This document shows positions 40,578-50,675 of a stretch of DNA of 64,000 nt, piece by piece. The stretch spans positions 26,502 to 90,501 of the forward strand of contig CAIKRV010000063.1 in NCBI GenBank assembly GCA_903829945.1. The letters run 5' to 3'. Numbering within the stretch: position 1 is the first letter of the stretch; every line of letters starts with the position of its first letter. The translations under genes and the position numbers were made by a program. The stretch comes from an uncultured bacterium. Lineage in GTDB: Bacteria; Bacteroidota; Bacteroidia; CAILMK01. The notes beneath the pieces were generated by a model. It was not told the origin of the DNA. It worked only from the letters and a program-made list of their open reading frames with translations, and searched no databases.

Positions 40578-41860
40578 GAATACCGCTACACCTCCAAATT
40601 GTGATAGGTATGCTCATTGGGGTTTTGGGGGCTTGTTTGGTATTATACTTTGAGCCTAGCCCATCCGATAAATTATTATGGATTTCCAATATTAAACCTA
40701 TTGGTGACATTTTTCTCAGGCTGATATATATGTGCCTTATCCCACTTATATTTTCGGCATTGGTTTTGGGCATTAATGGTTTCGGTAAAACGGAAAAATT
40801 AAATAAAACCGCTTGGCAAATGCTAAAATTTACCATAGTGGCCAGTACGATTGCTGTAATTATAGGAATAGTTTTAGTACTACTTATCCATCCCGGCAGC
40901 GGCTTATCAAAAGATGATTTGCAAAAAATTGTCTCCTCCGCCGGAGCACCCACCGACCAAATAAAAAAAGGCATTGAAAATAATGCCTCTCATTCCTTGG
41001 GTAATACCCTCGTTAATTTATTCCCCAAAAATCCTTTTGAAGATATTGTTCATGCCTATGACGGATCTTATACCGGCGGAGGTATGATTGCCATTATCGT
41101 TTTTTCAATTATTATAGGCATCGCGATGGTGAAATCACCGGTAGAAAAGATTCAAACATTTAAATCCTTTCTGGAAGGTCTTTATACGATTTGCATGAAG
41201 GTAATTCAGTTCGGAATGATCTTAGCACCTATAGGCGTGGCCTCACTTTTATTTGTATTGACCTTGAACATAGGAATATCATTCATCGGAATATTATTTA
41301 AATATTTATTACTGGTCATTGTTGCCTTACTGATTCAAGAGTTTGTCGTTTTTGGAATGATTTTAAAATATTTTTCCAAATGTCCACCAAGATGGTTTTT
41401 TAAAAATATCCGAGCAGTAATGTTAACTGCATTTTCAACCTCATCAGGCAGTGCTACCTTACCAATAGCGATTGAAGTTTCCTCTGAGCAATTAAAAATG
41501 CCTAAAGATTTAAGTAATTTTATTTTGACCATTGGTACCACGAGCAATCAAGCAGGAACGGCCATTTATCAAGGAATTACAATTATTTTTTTAGCACAAT
41601 GCTTCGGCATCGACCTCAACTTTGTTCAAATCCTGGCAGTAGTAGGATTAGCTTTATTTGCCGGCATTGGAACCATTGGCGTACCGGGAGGTTCTATGCC
41701 GGTTTTGATGTTAATATTAATATACCTGGGCATTCCCGCAGAAGCAATTGCAATTATATATGGTTTAGATCGTATTTTGGATATGTGTAGAACCGTTGTA
41801 AATGTCAGCGGTGATTTAGTTGCCCTGGTTTATATAAATAACCGTACCATTAAAACATAG
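40574..41860 (+). CDS. Dicarboxylate/amino acid:cation symporter (DAACS)
   Basis: AFSTSSGSATLP, NQAGT, GVPGG, DRILDMCRTVVNVSGD. Confidence 0.92.
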   Translation: MRIPLHLQIVIGMLIGVLGACLVLYFEPSPSDKLLWISNIKPIGDIFLRLIYMCLIPLIFSALVLGINGFGKTEKLNKTAWQMLKFTIVASTIAVIIGIVLVLLIHPGSGLSKDDLQKIVSSAGAPTDQIKKGIENNASHSLGNTLVNLFPKNPFEDIVHAYDGSYTGGGMIAIIVFSIIIGIAMVKSPVEKIQTFKSFLEGLYTICMKVIQFGMILAPIGVASLLFVLTLNIGISFIGILFKYLLLVIVALLIQEFVVFGMILKYFSKCPPRWFFKNIRAVMLTAFSTSSGSATLPIAIEVSSEQLKMPKDLSNFILTIGTTSNQAGTAIYQGITIIFLAQCFGIDLNFVQILAVVGLALFAGIGTIGVPGGSMPVLMLILIYLGIPAEAIAIIYGLDRILDMCRTVVNVSGDLVALVYINNRTIKT

Positions 41861-41896
41861 CACACATTTTGCTGAATACATTTAGCAAATAATTGA

Positions 41897-42472
41897 ATGA
41901 TGAAATATTTATTGCTCCTAATTCCTCTTATATTTTCAGGATATACTAAAAATTCAAGTGCCCATTTATCTCAGCAAGATGTAGCACAGGAGGACACTAT
42001 ATTTTGGAAAGCTGATTCAAAATTAGTATGGGATGATTTTAAAGGTCCTGCCCCGGAAACGGGCTTTAAAGTGGCTGCCACTTATAGTGGTTTTTCATTC
42101 ACCTTTCATTCGGATGAAAATAATTTTCGTCTAAAAACTTTTGTATATTTTATTCGCTCCCGATCTTGGACCCGAACTGCTGCAGATAATGTTTTATTGC
42201 ACGAACAAGGGCACTTTAACCTGACTGAAATTTCGGCACGAAAATTTTGGAAAATTATAAAAGCAAAACATTTAGATCAGGTTAAAAACTCAGAGGCCAA
42301 AAAGAAATATGCTCAAATTAAAGAAATTTATCATACCATAACTGCTGAATTGAGTGAGATTCAAGATAAATATGATAATGAAACAAAGCATTCCACCATT
42401 CAGGAAAAGCAAGACCTTTGGAATGAACGAATTCAAAAACAACTAACTGAACTAGAGGATTACAGTCAATAA
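41897..42472 (+). CDS. DUF922-like secreted putative Zn-peptidase
   Basis: Signal peptide; LVWDDFKG, LLHEQGHFNL, YDNETKH. Confidence 0.75.
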   Translation: MMKYLLLLIPLIFSGYTKNSSAHLSQQDVAQEDTIFWKADSKLVWDDFKGPAPETGFKVAATYSGFSFTFHSDENNFRLKTFVYFIRSRSWTRTAADNVLLHEQGHFNLTEISARKFWKIIKAKHLDQVKNSEAKKKYAQIKEIYHTITAELSEIQDKYDNETKHSTIQEKQDLWNERIQKQLTELEDYSQ

Positions 42473-42497
42473 TACTTCCCAACTAAAAGGTATTGTT

Positions 42498-43784
42498 TTA
42501 TTTTTCGGAAGCTTTATTTTTTACCAAAGGAATCAGCAAATAAAAAAATGAAAAAAATGTAATTCCAACTTGACGTTCTAGTACAGATTCTACTTGGAAT
42601 GCTGAAAAACAAATTACTAAAAATGAAATAAGCATTAAATTATTCCAAGCATTTTTATATCTAAAAGGTAAAATAAAAATACTGCATAAAATAATAAGAC
42701 CTAATATTCCTGTAGTACTTAATTCTTGTATAAATTGATTGTGCGGAAGCTTCCTGTTTTCAGGGATTAAAATGGATTGATCGGCAGTATATTGTTGCTC
42801 CATGGCTTGTTGTAAATCACCGGCTCCTACGCCTAAAATTGGATTTTTGCAATAAATTTCCCAAGCTGTTTTCAAAGCTTCTTTACGCATTGAAATGGAA
42901 TAGTGATTTATGTTTTTTCCCTCTTTCATTTTGCCCAAGTCTTCCTTGGTATTCGCCAATCGGTTTTGCCAAGCCGGGAGAAACTTATATGCACTAAAAA
43001 ACAGAGTAAGCAAAAAGACGCCAAATAATAAGCCGGTTTTGTATTTCTTCTCTTTAATTATTACCCAAAGCAGCGCAACAATGGTAGAAGCATAAAACCC
43101 GAGTAAACCGGTACGTGCCCCAATAACATGCAACAATATAATTAGCCCAATACATTGCAACAGCATTACATAATTATACTTTTTGCCGAATTTTATTTTG
43201 TATAAATAATAACTGCACCAAATGGCGAAAGCCAACATAATGCTGAAATAAATATGGTTTACTTGTCTATTATCAGCTCGCTCAACGGCATAGAGAATAT
43301 AAATGGGCTTGGAATGTAGTAATTGCTCATTGATGGTATTAAAATTAAGTAAATAATTAATACAGGTAATGAGTGCCGCTACAAAAACACTCCAGGAAAA
43401 AATAGACAGTATTTTATTAATCTTATCTTGGTTAAATAAGGAAGTTCCCAAAAAAGATATTCCCAGTAACACAAACGGTAATTTTACTATAATTTTTTTC
43501 CAATATTCGTCATGATTATGACCATAAATGCCACTTAAAAATGAAATTCCAAGTAAGGCAATTAAACCAAGACTAAGAACATCTTTTTCAAATTGAATAT
43601 TGGTATTGTTTTTAAAAAAATATGCACTAAAAATCAGGGCTACGCCTATACTTTGTAAAGCGGGAGAAAACACTAAACCGATCACTAATAAAATAGCTCC
43701 GAAAAATGCAATATTCTTTTTAAAATGCTCCCATGCAGCATCATTATTATTCAAATCAAAAAAATTAATAAATCTCGTTTTCAA
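42498..43784 (-). CDS. O-antigen ligase (WaaL/Wzy_C) family membrane protein
   Basis: Many TMs; ARTG, SISMR...W, PILGVGAG, PHNQF. Confidence 0.85.
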   Translation of the reverse strand: MKTRFINFFDLNNNDAAWEHFKKNIAFFGAILLVIGLVFSPALQSIGVALIFSAYFFKNNTNIQFEKDVLSLGLIALLGISFLSGIYGHNHDEYWKKIIVKLPFVLLGISFLGTSLFNQDKINKILSIFSWSVFVAALITCINYLLNFNTINEQLLHSKPIYILYAVERADNRQVNHIYFSIMLAFAIWCSYYLYKIKFGKKYNYVMLLQCIGLIILLHVIGARTGLLGFYASTIVALLWVIIKEKKYKTGLLFGVFLLTLFFSAYKFLPAWQNRLANTKEDLGKMKEGKNINHYSISMRKEALKTAWEIYCKNPILGVGAGDLQQAMEQQYTADQSILIPENRKLPHNQFIQELSTTGILGLIILCSIFILPFRYKNAWNNLMLISFLVICFSAFQVESVLERQVGITFFSFFYLLIPLVKNKASEK

Positions 43785-43791
43785 GAGTATA

Positions 43792-44610
43792 TTATTTTGA
43801 AAGTTCTAAGGAATAATGCATTTCAACTCTAAAATACTTATCCAAAACGCCAAGTTTTCGAGCTAAGGATTTGGTAACTTTTATCGTCACGTCAGGATGT
43901 TCAGGATCATCGGGAAGTTTGCCAATAATTTTAACGAATTGCACCTTTCCGTTCATTAAATTGGTAAGCTTTATAATGGTTCCTGCCGGAGCTGTTTTAT
44001 GCAAGGCAATGGCCTTATTGGATACCACAGAACCGTCATCAATCCATGCAGCAACACCCCGTTCTTCTACTTCTTTTATTTCGCTGCCTGCAGATGCTTT
44101 TTTCTTATATTCGGTTTGGTATTTTGGATCCATATAATCTTCATCCGTTTTTACGGTAGTTGCCGGAGGAACATCTTTGGCGGTGGTTTTGCTATAGCCC
44201 ACAATTAGCTTTTTACCGGGAGCAATATTATCACTACTCAACTTATTCCATTGCTTTAAGTCAGCCACACTAACGTGGTGCATATTTGCAATATGAAATA
44301 AGGTTTCATCTTTTTGAGAAATATAGTAAACGGGTGTTCCGGTAGGTATATTATTTTTTACTGCCTCATTAGCACTTACAGGAATTAAAATAGTGGTACC
44401 CACCATTATTTTATCACCGGTTTTAGGATTGGCATCAATAATATCCTGCTGACTGACGTGAAATTTTTTGCTTAAACTATATAGGCCGTCACCCGTCTGA
44501 ATTGTATAATTTAGGTATTTTTTACCATTTTTAAATACATAGGCATCCTGTGCGTAACTCTGTAGCGAAAAAAATAGAGCGCTGGCTATAAATAAATGAA
44601 ATAACTTCAT
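43792..44610 (-). CDS. LysM peptidoglycan-binding protein with C-terminal RlpA-like domain
   Basis: Two LysM repeats (YTIQTGDGLYSLS; ETLFHIA...LKQWN); ALHKTAPAGTIIK. Confidence 0.85.
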   Translation of the reverse strand: MKLFHLFIASALFFSLQSYAQDAYVFKNGKKYLNYTIQTGDGLYSLSKKFHVSQQDIIDANPKTGDKIMVGTTILIPVSANEAVKNNIPTGTPVYYISQKDETLFHIANMHHVSVADLKQWNKLSSDNIAPGKKLIVGYSKTTAKDVPPATTVKTDEDYMDPKYQTEYKKKASAGSEIKEVEERGVAAWIDDGSVVSNKAIALHKTAPAGTIIKLTNLMNGKVQFVKIIGKLPDDPEHPDVTIKVTKSLARKLGVLDKYFRVEMHYSLELSK

Positions 44611-44666
44611 AACAGGATTTATGCTTACAAAAATAATGCTAATTTTGACCAATAAAACAGAATAAG

Positions 44667-45341
44667 ATGAAGCTTATATCAAAAACACTACTCGTTCTCG
44701 GCTTATTTTTATTGCCATTTACAACTATTTATGCACAAAAGTTTAAAGCAGGTATTATCATAGGGATGAATGGCTCTCAAATTAATGGAGATAATATGGC
44801 GGGATTTAATAAAGGAGGCTTTTTAGGAGGCATTTATGTTGATTATCCTTTCAATAAATCTTGGAGTGGTGGGTTTGAGATGGACTTTACGATGAAAGGT
44901 AGTAAGCGTACCTATAGTGATAGTAATGGTGTGGCTACTGCCGGACCGGGTTCATGGGATGATTTAGAACTTGGATATTTGGAGGTACCCATTTTTGCAA
45001 AATACCATTTTAATAAACATTTTGAAGTTTATTTTGGTCCGGCATTTGGATTATTAATGTATTCCACCTGGTATCCCGGTCAGGGCTCCATTGGCAATCA
45101 AGGCGGTGAAGCTAAAGCCGATTTCCTTAGAAATTATGATATTAGTTTTACAGGAGGGGTAACCTATAATTTTGCTGAACATTTTTCAGCTACCGTCAGA
45201 TATAGCAATAGCTTAATTTCTATAGGAACCGGAAGTTATAATTCACTATTATCCAATTCACCTATTAATAACGGATTAACCAATATTGTAATATCAGGCG
45301 CACTGGTTTATCACTTTTGGCCGCAAAACCTAAAAAACTAA
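44667..45341 (+). CDS. Outer membrane beta-barrel (porin/PorT-like) protein
   Basis: Signal peptide, alternating beta strands, YLEVPI motif. Confidence 0.8.
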   Translation: MKLISKTLLVLGLFLLPFTTIYAQKFKAGIIIGMNGSQINGDNMAGFNKGGFLGGIYVDYPFNKSWSGGFEMDFTMKGSKRTYSDSNGVATAGPGSWDDLELGYLEVPIFAKYHFNKHFEVYFGPAFGLLMYSTWYPGQGSIGNQGGEAKADFLRNYDISFTGGVTYNFAEHFSATVRYSNSLISIGTGSYNSLLSNSPINNGLTNIVISGALVYHFWPQNLKN

Positions 45342-45374
45342 GGAGATTTATCTTTTAATGATGGTTATTAAAGT

Positions 45375-45806
45375 CTATATTATTTTCCCTTCATTGAGAA
45401 AATACTCTACAGCTAATTGATAACTCATCATCCCAAATCCAGCTATTACGCCTTTACAATAGGGGGCTAAAAATGAGGTATGTCTAAATTGTTCTCGAGC
45501 ATATATATTAGACATATGAACCTCTACTACAGGTACTTCTACACCGGCAATAGCATCGGCAATGGCAATGGAAGTGTGGGTATATGCTCCGGCATTAAGG
45601 ATAATTCCATCAAAAATGCCATCGGCTTTGTGGATACAATCTAAAATATCTCCTTCCCTATTAAATTGATGAAATTCGAAGCGAATTTTTTTAAACTTAG
45701 CTTCTAATTTAGTTATAAAATCATCAAAATTCATGTGCCCATAATATTGGGGTTCTCTTTTACCGACCAGATTCAAATTTGGTCCATTAATAATTAATAA
45801 TTTCAT
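45375..45806 (-). CDS. aroQ: Type II 3-dehydroquinate dehydratase
   Basis: INGPNLNL.G.REP..YG, NAGAYTHTS, EVHMSN..ARE.FRH. Confidence 0.96.
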   Translation of the reverse strand: MKLLIINGPNLNLVGKREPQYYGHMNFDDFITKLEAKFKKIRFEFHQFNREGDILDCIHKADGIFDGIILNAGAYTHTSIAIADAIAGVEVPVVEVHMSNIYAREQFRHTSFLAPYCKGVIAGFGMMSYQLAVEYFLNEGKII

Positions 45807-45827
45807 AGTAAAAGTATATGATGTATT

Positions 45828-46958
45828 TTAAGTGTTTATGGTAGTTAGTATGGAGTTCCAAAAAGCAGCAGCCGTATGTTCCCAACTAAATTTCTTGAGC
45901 TGCATATTTGCAGCTTCAGTCAGGCTGATACGAAGTTCCGGATTTTGGTACAATCTGAGCATGCCTTGGGCAATGCTTTCTACCTCCAAAGGATTAACAT
46001 AAATAGCAGCATCACCGCAAACCTCAGGCAAGGAGCTGGTATTAGAAGTAATGACCGGAATGCCACATTGCATGGCTTCCAAACAAGGTATTCCGAATCC
46101 TTCAAATACTGATACATAGGTCATGGCTTCTGCAGAGGCAATCAAATTATTTAAGGTTTCAAAATTATCTATTCTTCCGGTAAAAATAATATCCTCTTTG
46201 TAGGAAGAAACATGGGCCATTTGCAAGAGCTCGTCCGTACCAAAAACATGCTTCCCTACTAATAATAATTTATAATTAGATCCGGTTGTAGATTTAAATC
46301 GTTCAAATGCTTCCATCAGCTTACCAATATTTTTCCGCGGATATAATCCGCCAAGAAAAACAAAATAGGGAGCGCCATTGCTGAATGCTGCTCTTATTTT
46401 AATTTTTTGAGCCTCTTCTATGGATGTGAAATTTAAATTATATCCATTATAAACGACATCAATTTTAGCAGGCGAGACATGGTAGTATTTCATAATATCC
46501 TGTTTGGAATATTCTGAAACAGTCATGATTCTGGTAGCATTTTGTGCAAACCTTGGAAAAAAATATTTATAATACCATCTTACCATTACAGGTACAGTTT
46601 CGGGGTAATGCTCATAGGCAATATCATGCATAGTAATGACCCTTGGTATTTTTAATCCCAAGGGCAGATAGGATTCGGGAGAAACAAAGACATCAGGTTT
46701 AAGCTTATTCAAATACTTTTTCATTGAAATCTGAAAAAACCAGTACCATAGTAATGGATGCCGGGATGGAGGAAATAATACGATGGGGGTAATATTATCC
46801 GAAAAAATAAAATCCTGATGATAAGGACGATCGAAAATAAAATAAAATTCGTGTTCCGGATGAGCTCTACAAATTCGTTTTAAATTCTCATACGTAAACC
46901 AGCCAATTCCTTCCAGGCGATTTTTGATAAGAAGACGAGTATTTACAGCAATCTTCAT
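45828..46958 (-). CDS. Glycosyltransferase family 4 (GT-B)
   Basis: TMHD, VSEYSK, PRKN, EGFGIPCLEAM. Confidence 0.92.
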   Translation of the reverse strand: MKIAVNTRLLIKNRLEGIGWFTYENLKRICRAHPEHEFYFIFDRPYHQDFIFSDNITPIVLFPPSRHPLLWYWFFQISMKKYLNKLKPDVFVSPESYLPLGLKIPRVITMHDIAYEHYPETVPVMVRWYYKYFFPRFAQNATRIMTVSEYSKQDIMKYYHVSPAKIDVVYNGYNLNFTSIEEAQKIKIRAAFSNGAPYFVFLGGLYPRKNIGKLMEAFERFKSTTGSNYKLLLVGKHVFGTDELLQMAHVSSYKEDIIFTGRIDNFETLNNLIASAEAMTYVSVFEGFGIPCLEAMQCGIPVITSNTSSLPEVCGDAAIYVNPLEVESIAQGMLRLYQNPELRISLTEAANMQLKKFSWEHTAAAFWNSILTTINT

Positions 46959-46972
46959 AAAAGTACCATAAG

Positions 46973-47242
46973 CTAATGTTGAGGAGGAATATAACCGGGT
47001 AGTTTTTTGTGCATGCCGTCACAAATGGGAGCTTTTTCCGATTGCTTGCAAGTACACCAAGAAATGCGTTTGCGCTCTTCGATATGGATTTTCAAAGGCT
47101 TAAAATCGGTCCCCCGATGTGAGCCATCGCAAAACGGTTGACTAGAACTTAATCCACAAGAACACCAAGCATATATGCCGGGTTCAACTTCCTGTTTGAT
47201 GGCTCTTAATCCGGCAATATGCGCTTTTTTTGTGTTTTCCAT
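46973..47242 (-). CDS. CDGSH iron-sulfur domain protein
   Basis: WCSCGLS..QPFCDGSH and WCTCKQS..APICDGMH. Confidence 0.92.
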   Translation of the reverse strand: MENTKKAHIAGLRAIKQEVEPGIYAWCSCGLSSSQPFCDGSHRGTDFKPLKIHIEERKRISWCTCKQSEKAPICDGMHKKLPGYIPPQH

Positions 47243-47243
47243 A

Positions 47244-47678
47244 TTAATGGTCTAATAGGATTCGTTCCACTTTATATTTTTCTGTCAAATCCTTTTCTAC
47301 CACACTGGCATAATATCCTACTCTATTTATAGCAAGTAAAACATCATCAGCCCTTAAGGTGTCAATTTCACGCATTATTTTCAAATAAGCCCCTCCTTCA
47401 AAAACACAGAAAGAGGCATCAATGATTTGATAATTAATTTCTAATAATTCCGATAGAAAAGCCAGGGTATTATCGGCAGGCACAAGAGCTATTGGACTCA
47501 TTATCTGCAAATAAGTCCGGTCATTTTGTTCAATAGGCAATAAGTCTATCCAAACTTCAAGGTCATCTTTTTTAAGATTCCATTGCCCTTCAGCCTCCGA
47601 ACGACACAAAATAGGGTCAATTCCGGCCATTTTAAGGGCTTCTTCTACCCTTTCAGAAAATTCTTTATTCAGTTCCAT
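47244..47678 (-). CDS. YbjN/type III chaperone-like domain protein
   Basis: 144 aa; W.L...V.I, LQIMSPI, ELLEIN pattern. Confidence 0.6.
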   Translation of the reverse strand: MELNKEFSERVEEALKMAGIDPILCRSEAEGQWNLKKDDLEVWIDLLPIEQNDRTYLQIMSPIALVPADNTLAFLSELLEINYQIIDASFCVFEGGAYLKIMREIDTLRADDVLLAINRVGYYASVVEKDLTEKYKVERILLDH

Positions 47679-47775
47679 AATATTCAGGCACAAAATTAGC
47701 TCGTTTTTGCGAGTATTTTGCTATTATTGCACCTCGAAACGGTTAAAAGTGCCGTTTATAAACTTTTTAATCAAG

Positions 47776-48033
47776 ATGAGAACAAGAAAGCTAGCATTAT
47801 TAATCCCTGCAATGGCAGTAGGTTTGATTTTACACTCCTGTAGTTTTGAATCTGTTCGTACAGATGAAAATCAAAACACCAACCCTAAAAACTTAGGTGT
47901 TGATACGATTAATCCATCACAATTAAATCATGCTGAACCGGCTGCTGCTCCGGCTGCTCCGGCCACGGATAGTACTAAAGCGGATGCTGCTCCTGCCAAG
48001 GACAAGAAAGACGATAGTAAATCTAAAAAATAA
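47776..48033 (+). CDS. Small low-complexity lipoprotein (85 aa)
   Basis: MRTRK + hydrophobic stretch + LHSC lipobox; Ala/Pro/Lys/Asp-rich tail; followed by its own terminator. Confidence 0.75.
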   Translation: MRTRKLALLIPAMAVGLILHSCSFESVRTDENQNTNPKNLGVDTINPSQLNHAEPAAAPAAPATDSTKADAAPAKDKKDDSKSKK

Positions 48034-48052
48034 GATTGTTATTGAATAATTT

Positions 48053-48086
48053 AAAAAAAGCTTCTCTTTTTTGAGGAGCTTTTTTT
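48053..48086 (+). terminator. Intrinsic terminator after the small lipoprotein gene
   Basis: AAAAAAAGCTTCTC / GAGGAGCTTTTTTT. Confidence 0.8.
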
Positions 48087-48105
48087 GTGCTAAAATTTTC
48101 GAATC

Positions 48106-49296
48106 ATGAATTATGATATTATAATAATAGGTGCAGGAATAGTTGGTTTAGCAAGCGGATTAAAAATTCTTGAAAAAAATCCCGGACTAAAATTATTAAT
48201 ACTTGACAAGGAAAATGATATTGCACAGCATCAAACCGGACATAACAGTGGGGTCATTCATTCGGGTATTTATTATAAGCCCGGCAGCTTAAAGGCCCAA
48301 AATTGTCTGAATGGTTATAAAATGCTTATTGATTTCTGTAATGAACATCATATTAAATATGACTTATGCGGAAAGGTTATTGTTGCCACCAATGACAAAG
48401 AATTGCCCTTATTAAATTCAATATTTGAAAGAGGCTTGGCAAATCAACTGGAAGGCATTAAAAAAATAAGTGCCGATGAGGTTCGAACCATAGAACCACA
48501 TGTTAGAAGCATCGCCGGGGTATGGGTACCGCAAACCGGTATTATTAATTATAAAGAGGTTAGCATAAAATATGCATCGAGAATAAAGGATATGGGCGGT
48601 GAAATTATTACCGGTGAGGAAGTATTATCCATTAAAAATTCAAGTACAATTATTGTAAAAGCAAATCACGGGACATTTGAATGCAAAAAACTCATTAATT
48701 GCAGCGGCTTGCAGTCGGACAAAGTAACAAAAATGACCATGCCGGATGCCAAATTGCAGATTATTCCGTTCAGAGGAGAATACTATAAAATTCGCCCGGA
48801 GAAATACGGATTGGTAAAAAACTTGGTGTATCCGGTGCCTAATCCAGAATTTCCATTTTTAGGCGTACATTTTACAAGAATGATTGAGGGAGGCATTGAA
48901 GCCGGGCCTAATGCTGTTTTTGCATTTAAAAGAGAAGGTTATAAAAAAACCGATTTCAGTTTGAATGATACTTTCGAGACTATTGCTTTTCCCGGATTTA
49001 GAAAAATTGCTTTAAAGTATTGGAAAACCGGCATGGGAGAAATTTATCGCTCTATTTCTAAAGCAGCTTTTACCAAAGCCTTACAACATCTGATCCCGGA
49101 AATTCAGGAAAATGATTTAATACCGGGAGGTTCCGGAGTAAGGGCACAAGCTTGTGATGCAGATGGAAATTTATTGGATGATTTTATGATTTTGGAGGCA
49201 GGAAATGTAATTAATGTATGTAATGCCCCTTCACCTGCAGCAACTTCCTCCTTGAGTATAGGAAATACGATAGCAGAAATGGCTTTAAAACATTAG
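48106..49296 (+). CDS. lhgO: L-2-hydroxyglutarate oxidase
   Basis: IIGAGIVG, HQTGHNSGVIHSGIYY.PGSLKA, PFLGVHFT, NAPSPAATS. Confidence 0.93.
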   Translation: MNYDIIIIGAGIVGLASGLKILEKNPGLKLLILDKENDIAQHQTGHNSGVIHSGIYYKPGSLKAQNCLNGYKMLIDFCNEHHIKYDLCGKVIVATNDKELPLLNSIFERGLANQLEGIKKISADEVRTIEPHVRSIAGVWVPQTGIINYKEVSIKYASRIKDMGGEIITGEEVLSIKNSSTIIVKANHGTFECKKLINCSGLQSDKVTKMTMPDAKLQIIPFRGEYYKIRPEKYGLVKNLVYPVPNPEFPFLGVHFTRMIEGGIEAGPNAVFAFKREGYKKTDFSLNDTFETIAFPGFRKIALKYWKTGMGEIYRSISKAAFTKALQHLIPEIQENDLIPGGSGVRAQACDADGNLLDDFMILEAGNVINVCNAPSPAATSSLSIGNTIAEMALKH

Positions 49297-49859
49297 CTTA
49301 ATCGACGGCTGAGAATAAAAGCAACCTTTTTATAAAAATCTAGGGGATCTGCGGTTCGCCAAGGCAAGGCATCTAATTCACCGCCAAAATTTAAATAATA
49401 GTCAATATTATTATTTTTAAATTCTTCGAGGACATGTTCTTGAAAATTTACGGCTGCAATCCATCCTTCTTCTACATCTTGAAACCATTCATCGTAATAA
49501 TCATCAATATCATGATGGAAATTTAAAACGTTTTCGCCGATGAGGATAAATTTATTAATCCCACAATCAATTAATACATCAATAACATCACGTTTTAAAA
49601 ACATAATATCATTATTAATTGCATCATTCCATTCCCCTAATAATTCAATAATTGCGAACGACTGCTTATAATCGGCATATAAAAGTTTGACGTATAAAGT
49701 AGATGAACCAATATCATCCCATTGCGGATGAATAAGGTAATCATATAAAGCATTTGAAAAATAAAACTCACTATAAGTTCTATGATAAAAAGGGGAATCT
49801 CTATCCTCCTCCGCTTTATATATATGCCTCCAATTATAAAATGGTTCTATGCTATGCAT
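49293..49859 (-). CDS. Hypothetical protein (acidic, Tyr-rich)
   Basis: 188-aa ORF abutting murQ, co-oriented with it. Confidence 0.75.
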   Translation of the reverse strand: MHSIEPFYNWRHIYKAEEDRDSPFYHRTYSEFYFSNALYDYLIHPQWDDIGSSTLYVKLLYADYKQSFAIIELLGEWNDAINNDIMFLKRDVIDVLIDCGINKFILIGENVLNFHHDIDDYYDEWFQDVEEGWIAAVNFQEHVLEEFKNNNIDYYLNFGGELDALPWRTADPLDFYKKVAFILSRRLS

Positions 49860-50666
49860 CTACTTTTCAATCGTATTTATCACCGCTCGAACACTTCCAT
49901 GTTTTAGTAGTGCTTCTCTTGCGGTGGATTCATCCCATTCATACAAATTCATCAACATTCTTGTTCCTCTTTCCACCAATTTATTATTGCTTAAACGCAT
50001 ATCCACCATTTTATTGTCCTTAATCCTACCTAATTTTATCATAATGGTGGTACTAATCATATTTAAAACTAATTTTTGAGCAGTTCCGGCTTTCATTCGG
50101 GTACTTCCAGTCACAAATTCTGGTCCTGTGACCACCTCAATCGGATAATCAGCCATAGCAGCGATGCCGGAAGAATCATTGCAGCAAATACAAGCCGTTC
50201 CAATACCATTTTGTTTACACGATTTTAAACCTCCTAAAACATAAGGCGTGGTGCCGGAAGCAGAAATACCGATTACAAAATCTTTATGGCTTATATTATA
50301 ATTTTCTAAATCCAACCATGCTTGGCTCATGTTGTCTTCTGCGCCTTCTTGCGCCATTCTAATGGCAGCGTCACCACCTGCAATGATGCCTATTACTTTT
50401 TCGAAATCCACGCCAAAAGTAGGAGGACATTCAGAGGCGTCCACAATGCCTAACCTACCGCTGGTACCGGAGCCGATATAAAATAATCGCCCCCCTTGAT
50501 TCATTCTTTCAAAAATAGCATTTACAGCCTTTTCAATTTGAGGAATGGCTCTTTCCACTGCCAGTGGAACTGTTTTATCCTCCTGATTAATATTTGTAAG
50601 CAACTCCAGGCTGGACATCATTTCCAAATGCCTGTAATGAGAGTCTTTTTCGGTTGTCTTTTCCAA
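49860..50666 (-). CDS. murQ: N-acetylmuramic acid 6-phosphate etherase
   Basis: GSGTSGRLG..DASECPPTFG, EGAED, GPEFVTGSTRMKAGTAQK. Confidence 0.96.
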   Translation of the reverse strand: MEKTTEKDSHYRHLEMMSSLELLTNINQEDKTVPLAVERAIPQIEKAVNAIFERMNQGGRLFYIGSGTSGRLGIVDASECPPTFGVDFEKVIGIIAGGDAAIRMAQEGAEDNMSQAWLDLENYNISHKDFVIGISASGTTPYVLGGLKSCKQNGIGTACICCNDSSGIAAMADYPIEVVTGPEFVTGSTRMKAGTAQKLVLNMISTTIMIKLGRIKDNKMVDMRLSNNKLVERGTRMLMNLYEWDESTAREALLKHGSVRAVINTIEK

Positions 50667-50675
50667 ATTAAATTT

